This document shows, piece by piece, positions 31,705-36,458 of a stretch of 36,458 nt of DNA (positions are counted from its first letter, which is position 1; every line of letters begins with the position of its first letter). The notes under the pieces are model-generated. The model searched no databases. It was not told the origin of the DNA and saw only the letters and a list, made by a program, of their open reading frames with translations. Location of the stretch: the sequence record SRR31156797_14023. The stretch is one strand, 5' to 3'. Made by a program: the position numbers and the translations under genes.

Positions 31705-32166
31705 TTAATCTACCACCTCAAATATTGAATCGATGACTATTGGTAAATTGCCTCTCACAGACATAGCGCCAAAAACAGAACGCGCATGAACGCCCTTTTC
31801 ACCAAATACATCTGCCATTAAGTCTGAGCATCCATCAAGCACTTTAGGGTGTTGTTCAAAGTCACTCGTTGCATTGACGAAGCCTTGAAGTTTTACAACT
31901 CGGGCGACTTTGTCTAACGAACCCAGCTCAAGTTTCACTGCCGCCAAAATGTCTAATCCAGCCGCTTTGGCAAAAGCATAGCCCTCTTCTGTTGTGTACT
32001 CTTGCCCCAACTTACCTTTCGGAACTTCATTCAAGCCAGCTACCGGCCCTTTGCCCGAAACATAAAGTAAGTTGCCAGTCCTGACACTATTACAATAACT
32101 ACCTTGGGGTTCGCTTGCTTGAGGTAGTTCCAAACCAAGTTCTGATAGTCGCTTTTCTATGTTCAT
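31705..32166 (-). CDS. Rid (YjgF/YER057c/UK114) family protein, long ~150-aa subfamily
   Basis: GNLLYVSG, VVKLQGFVNA, GCSDL, GVHARS with the conserved Arg; GGAGG RBS. Confidence 0.92.
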   Translation of the reverse strand: MNIEKRLSELGLELPQASEPQGSYCNSVRTGNLLYVSGKGPVAGLNEVPKGKLGQEYTTEEGYAFAKAAGLDILAAVKLELGSLDKVARVVKLQGFVNATSDFEQHPKVLDGCSDLMADVFGEKGVHARSVFGAMSVRGNLPIVIDSIFEVVD

Positions 32167-32255
32167 TTATCCTCCATGATTGAACAAATAATGTCATACC
32201 CAATTCAGTCATCATCCGCGAATGATCGTTTCATTCGCTGAGTTTGTCTGCATGC

Positions 32256-32822
32256 TTACCAGTTGTACTCCATCTGCTTTGCCACGCTATCGGCAAACTG
32301 CTTACCAAAATGCTTTGATACGATATGTAAACTCATGTCGATACCCGCAGATATGCCACCAGAAGTGGTAAATTTCCCTGAAGTAACCCAACGTTGGTTA
32401 CTCACAACATTTAAGTCTGGAAACTGAGTCGATAAATCAGCGAGATCTTCCCAATGAGTCGTGACAGTTAAATCCTTGATTAAACCAGCCTGAGCTAAAA
32501 GAAAAACACCCGTACAAACTGATGCTACTTCAGACGCGAGAGGGACTACCGAAGCTAACCAATCCATAGTATTGGTATTAGATATTTCGCCTGTGTGTAC
32601 TCCACCGACAACGACCAGTAAATCTATAGGTGGATTTTCCTGAAATGAATAATCAGGCAAAACTTTAAAACCACCACGAGCGACAACGGGCTTATCACTT
32701 TCTGAAACCAGAAAAACGTTCAGGCTTTCAGCACCAAGCCGCTTAGCTGTACTAAAAACTTCAAATGGGCCTGCGAAGTCTAGCACTTCAGCTTGATCGT
32801 AAATGTAGATACCTATGTTCAT
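32256..32822 (-). CDS. DJ-1/PfpI-family protein (isocyanide hydratase/GATase1-like branch)
   Basis: LDFAGPFEVF, SVCTG nucleophile Cys, TTHW, TSGGISAGID. Start at 32822 with GGAGG RBS (188 aa). Confidence 0.92.
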   Translation of the reverse strand: MNIGIYIYDQAEVLDFAGPFEVFSTAKRLGAESLNVFLVSESDKPVVARGGFKVLPDYSFQENPPIDLLVVVGGVHTGEISNTNTMDWLASVVPLASEVASVCTGVFLLAQAGLIKDLTVTTHWEDLADLSTQFPDLNVVSNQRWVTSGKFTTSGGISAGIDMSLHIVSKHFGKQFADSVAKQMEYNW

Positions 32823-32835
32823 AGTGCCTCCATGC

Positions 32836-33245
32836 AAGTAACGCTTTCTATACGACTTTTAGCTTCATTTCACATTTCTATCATGCAGCGTTTTCAAGTA
32901 CAGTTCAATTTACAATCAATAGGTTAATAGAAGAGCGGGGATTTTATTCGGTGATTTTTTGGAAGTGTAGATTGTCGCTGAACCCATAAAATGTCCTAAC
33001 GTCCCACTACGAATCAATCAGTTTAGGACAGTGCAAAACCGTATGGAGTCCTAATTTCTTGCTTCTGTTTGAGTTTGGTGAATGCGGTGAAAGAAAACGA
33101 TATAGACAGCTGTTTATGTAGCAATAACGTCTTATCGTTTACTCCCACTCCCATTCAACAAATGCACGTTATGAAATTTACTCTACCGGTCAGAAAAACC
33201 GATAGAGTTATCTCATGTGCTTTTACTCAATAAGGCTCTACTCCA
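32836..33245. other. ~400-bp non-coding segment with paired inverted repeats; candidate recombination site or mobile-element remnant
   Basis: No ORF of 60 aa or more. IR1 TGTCCTAA-N23-TTAGGACA (32992-33030); IR2 AAACGATATAGAC-N21-GTCTTATCGTTT (33095-33140, one bulge); hairpin 33180-33208; GCGTTA core-like motif on the minus strand at the left edge. Confidence 0.45.
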
Positions 33246-35252
33246 TTACCACATGGTGACACGCTGTTGCGGAGGGAGATACATTGGATCTCCAGACTTT
33301 ATGTCAAATTCTTTGTAGAACGAGTCAAACTGTTTCACAATGCCGTTAGCTCTAAACTCTGAAGGCGGGTGAGGATTTGACTGGAGCACCGTTCGGAGAA
33401 ATTCTTCTCGCCACTTACTGCGCCATGTACGCGCTAATTGGATAAAAAATGGTTTATCTGACACTTCACTACCCGTTTCTCCATCATTTTTAACGGCTTT
33501 CCGGTAGGCGATAAGCGCAACTTGAGCACCACTCAGGTCCCCCATAATTTCACCAATCTCTAGTTCACCATTAAGGAAAGTGTCAGGAAGGATTTCGTAA
33601 GCATTCGCTTGAACAATCAGAGCCTGTTTTATTTTGCTGTAAGCAATCGTATCTTTTTCTGCCCACCAATTTTGCATATTTCCGGCGGCATCAAACTGAC
33701 TGCCCTGATCATCGAAACCATGACCTATCTCGTGCCCAATGATAAAACCGATACCACCATAATTTTCAGCGTAACTCGCTGTTGAATTAAAGAAAGGTGT
33801 ACGCAAAATTCCCGCGAGCAGAACGAAAGTGTTCTTAGTTGGATCGTAGTACGCATTAATCTCGTGCGGACTGTGCTCCCAATCAGACGGGTCAACTTGT
33901 TGGCCAATTTTCATCATATTACGTTGGTGGGCGTGTCGCGCTACTCTTTGGTCGTTGCCGATAATATCGCCACTTGTAATCTGTAAAGATGTGAAATCAA
34001 TCCACTTATCCGGATACCCTATCTGAAATTTCATCCGTTCAATCTTATCTAAAGCCTTAGATTTCGTTGGTACGGTTAACCAATCTGCACCGGAAATAGC
34101 CTCTTTATAACTATCACGAATGTTCATAACTAGTTGGGTAGCCGCTTCCTTATCAGCATCATCATAATACTTCTCAACGTATGCTCTTCCGAGTAGTTGA
34201 CCCGCCGTCGCGCTAATATAGTCTAAACTTTGTCGCCACATCGGTGGCTCTTCCGAGTATATACCCAGTTTCTTCTTATAAAGCACGTTCGCCTGCTTGA
34301 ACTCTTCTGAAAGCAGCGTTGAGTAGTGTACGAGCAATCTTGCCTTTAGATAGAGTTTCCAAGAATCGACATCAACGGTTTGAAACATGGAGTTATATTC
34401 TTTCACGTAAGAAGGTTGCATTATGCTTATTACGCCACCGGTGGGAACGCCAAGAGCAGACAACATCTCTTTGCCGTAGGTAAGTTGAGTTAAATTATTA
34501 AATTTAGTGGCTGTAAGAGGGTTATATAGTTTTTTAAGGTCACGGTTCTGAACATTGCTCCACTGTATTTTAGCCAACTTTCTTTCAAGTTGTATCACTT
34601 CTGTAGCACTGGATTTGGCACTGGGAACATCTGCAAGAGTAAAGAGATTGGTAATAAATTCACCATACAACTCTATTTGGTTCTGCGATCGTTGGTCCTC
34701 TCCCAAATAATAATCGCGTTCAACGCCTAAGCCAGCCTGAACAGCATAGGCAATCTTTATCGTCGAATCCTTGAAGTCTGTTTCAGGCACGAGGATTAGG
34801 GGGGACTGTATTCCCAAAATCTGAAATTCCGCAAAATATAACGCAACATCTTTGTGTGTTTTTAAAGTGCTTATCGCGGCAAGTTTTTCAGCAATAGGCT
34901 TCATTCCCATCTGATTGCGCCTGTCCATATCCATATAGCTTCTATATAGGATGGCCAGTTTTTTCTGCTCGTCAGTAAGAGAAGAACGAGAATCAAGGTC
35001 TGTCATTAATGATTTTAACTGAGCGTAAATTTCATCCTGCATTTGTGTAAAATTGTCTACGCGAGGCTGATCTCCCGGTATTGTTGTCGCAGACAGCCAA
35101 TCTTTATTTGCCCATTGATAAAAGTTTTCGCTAGCGTCGGTTGCAAAAGGTTTAGATGTAAGTTCATTCGCCCCAACTGAAAAAGTAAATAATGAAATAA
35201 AACTAGCGAATATATAAATAATTAAACTCAAGCCACAACTGAGTTGCTTCAT
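33246..35252 (-). CDS. Secreted M13 (neprilysin/PepO-family) zinc metallopeptidase
   Basis: Signal peptide, NFYQWAN, IGYPDKW, INAYY, GHEIGHGFDDQG (HExxH), GEIMGD (ExxxD), HPPSEFRANG. Confidence 0.95.
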   Translation of the reverse strand: MKQLSCGLSLIIYIFASFISLFTFSVGANELTSKPFATDASENFYQWANKDWLSATTIPGDQPRVDNFTQMQDEIYAQLKSLMTDLDSRSSLTDEQKKLAILYRSYMDMDRRNQMGMKPIAEKLAAISTLKTHKDVALYFAEFQILGIQSPLILVPETDFKDSTIKIAYAVQAGLGVERDYYLGEDQRSQNQIELYGEFITNLFTLADVPSAKSSATEVIQLERKLAKIQWSNVQNRDLKKLYNPLTATKFNNLTQLTYGKEMLSALGVPTGGVISIMQPSYVKEYNSMFQTVDVDSWKLYLKARLLVHYSTLLSEEFKQANVLYKKKLGIYSEEPPMWRQSLDYISATAGQLLGRAYVEKYYDDADKEAATQLVMNIRDSYKEAISGADWLTVPTKSKALDKIERMKFQIGYPDKWIDFTSLQITSGDIIGNDQRVARHAHQRNMMKIGQQVDPSDWEHSPHEINAYYDPTKNTFVLLAGILRTPFFNSTASYAENYGGIGFIIGHEIGHGFDDQGSQFDAAGNMQNWWAEKDTIAYSKIKQALIVQANAYEILPDTFLNGELEIGEIMGDLSGAQVALIAYRKAVKNDGETGSEVSDKPFFIQLARTWRSKWREEFLRTVLQSNPHPPSEFRANGIVKQFDSFYKEFDIKSGDPMYLPPQQRVTMW

Positions 35253-35510
35253 ATCAAATTTCCTATCTTACGAATAAATCACTGCCAGAACCTTCTAACT
35301 AGATATTGCTGGTATAAATATGAGTTTTATTCTTATCTACCTTTAATCTATAAAGTTTCAACAACAAATTTTTCGACCTACTTCTAGAGTGCAATACTTG
35401 GTAGCTCGTGAGCTTACTTTTACATTATCTAGAGAATAAATACTGCATATCCAATGTATTACGAGACTAATAACATTATTTGTCATCAACAAAGATAGAC
35501 CATTAAACAG

Positions 35511-35550
35511 AAAAAGGCTCCGAATTTGCTAAGCAAAATGATACGGAGCC
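35511..35550 (-). terminator. Rho-independent terminator downstream of the last ORF
   Basis: Minus strand GGCTCCG...(inner TTTGC-tta-GCAAA)...CGGAGCC followed by TTTTT. Confidence 0.7.
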
Positions 35551-35653
35551 AGGAATGTATTGTAACAATTGTAACCATCAACTAACTCAAACCTCTTGAT
35601 ACGAAAGTGACACCTTGGTATTCGTCATTGATGGGGCTTCAACTAGAGGATGT

Positions 35654-36457
35654 TTATGCACGATATTCTACGTTGATATCCAGTCCTGCGTGAGTCGCGT
35701 ACGCCATATAAGGGTTACCTTCTTCATCTATGTAAACAACGCCATATTCGAACTGGTCATTGTAGTTTCGTACCTCAATATCATTAAAGTTGTCGTTGTA
35801 GTAAGTACCTGCAATCGTTGAACTAATAGAAGGAGCCGAAGAAATACCTAGTGAGCTTACATCCTGGAAATCAGCAATGAGGGTATAAGCCCCTGTGTAT
35901 GGTTCGTAATCTAAGCTACCAATGAGAACCGCCGATTGCGAATGCCCGTGACCACTTTGATCCAGAGTAACTTCAATGGACTGATCGTGCTTAACTTTAA
36001 TCGTTAATGATTCACCACTCTCTAAAGTAATATGACTCGTCTGCACACCATTATTATGGCCATTACCGTGAGAACCTGTGTGATCAACAATGGACTGAAC
36101 AATATCTTTTAGATAATTAATGTTATCAACCGCGGTTTCAAACTCAGACGTCACTTGAGCTATAGCGAAATCTGACACAATATCGCCACTAGGCTGACTC
36201 ACCGAAGGTTGTTCCTTTGGAACCTCCTGAATGATAAGCGCCGGGCTATCGAAATCGAGTGTTTCACTCATCAATGAGGCATCCGTTGCTACTACCCATT
36301 CATTTTTAGCAGGAACTAACTGCACCACGGTTTTTGGCGTTTCAACGCTCACTACCTGCGGTGTACTCAATTCAGGTGTTTGTAATGGCATCAACTTTGG
36401 CGATGTTTGATCTGTTGGTGACACTATCGCTGGAGTCATCACTGTCATTGAGCTTAA
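35654..36457 (-). CDS. Hypothetical protein, probably the C-terminal part of a longer gene running off the window
   Basis: The frame is open to the window edge (L-S-S precede the Met at 36448). Pro/Thr/Ser-rich linker followed by an acidic, probably beta-rich region. No family recognised. Confidence 0.7.
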   Translation of the reverse strand, partial: LSSMTVMTPAIVSPTDQTSPKLMPLQTPELSTPQVVSVETPKTVVQLVPAKNEWVVATDASLMSETLDFDSPALIIQEVPKEQPSVSQPSGDIVSDFAIAQVTSEFETAVDNINYLKDIVQSIVDHTGSHGNGHNNGVQTSHITLESGESLTIKVKHDQSIEVTLDQSGHGHSQSAVLIGSLDYEPYTGAYTLIADFQDVSSLGISSAPSISSTIAGTYYNDNFNDIEVRNYNDQFEYGVVYIDEEGNPYMAYATHAGLDINVEYRA

Positions 36458-36458
36458 C

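Noticed and set aside
33110-33125. LexA box (CTGTTTATGTAGCAAT) as in integron integrase promoters
   Set aside because: The right half does not fit CTG-N10-CAG, and no integrase follows.

Overview
Chromosomal window from a Vibrio-like gammaproteobacterium (inferred from protein similarity to Vibrio/E. coli families and from gene order). Left to right: the 3' end of a 6-phospho-beta-glucosidase and a LacI regulator; a glycerol locus (glpABC and glpR on the minus strand, divergent glpK, no glpF); ahpCF with an OxyR-type box; two small exporter modules (AzlC/AzlD and AraC-LysE); a 44-codon RND-pump remnant; an MCP, a GGEEF diguanylate cyclase, a stand-alone lgt paralogue and a second MCP; a sialic acid catabolic cluster (two nanM, nanR, nanA, siaPQM, nanE, nanK, nagA; no sialidase or nagB in the window); and an accessory tract at the right end (M23 peptidase, Rid family, DJ-1/PfpI, a ~400-bp structured non-coding segment, a secreted M13 peptidase and a partial unknown ORF). 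Most of the window is well-understood metabolism. The best candidate for something undescribed is 30996-33245: three co-oriented cassette-like genes with integron-like junction motifs downstream of an orphan non-coding segment that carries an attI-like end and paired inverted repeats, with no recombinase in the window. That reading is inference and needs database searches.
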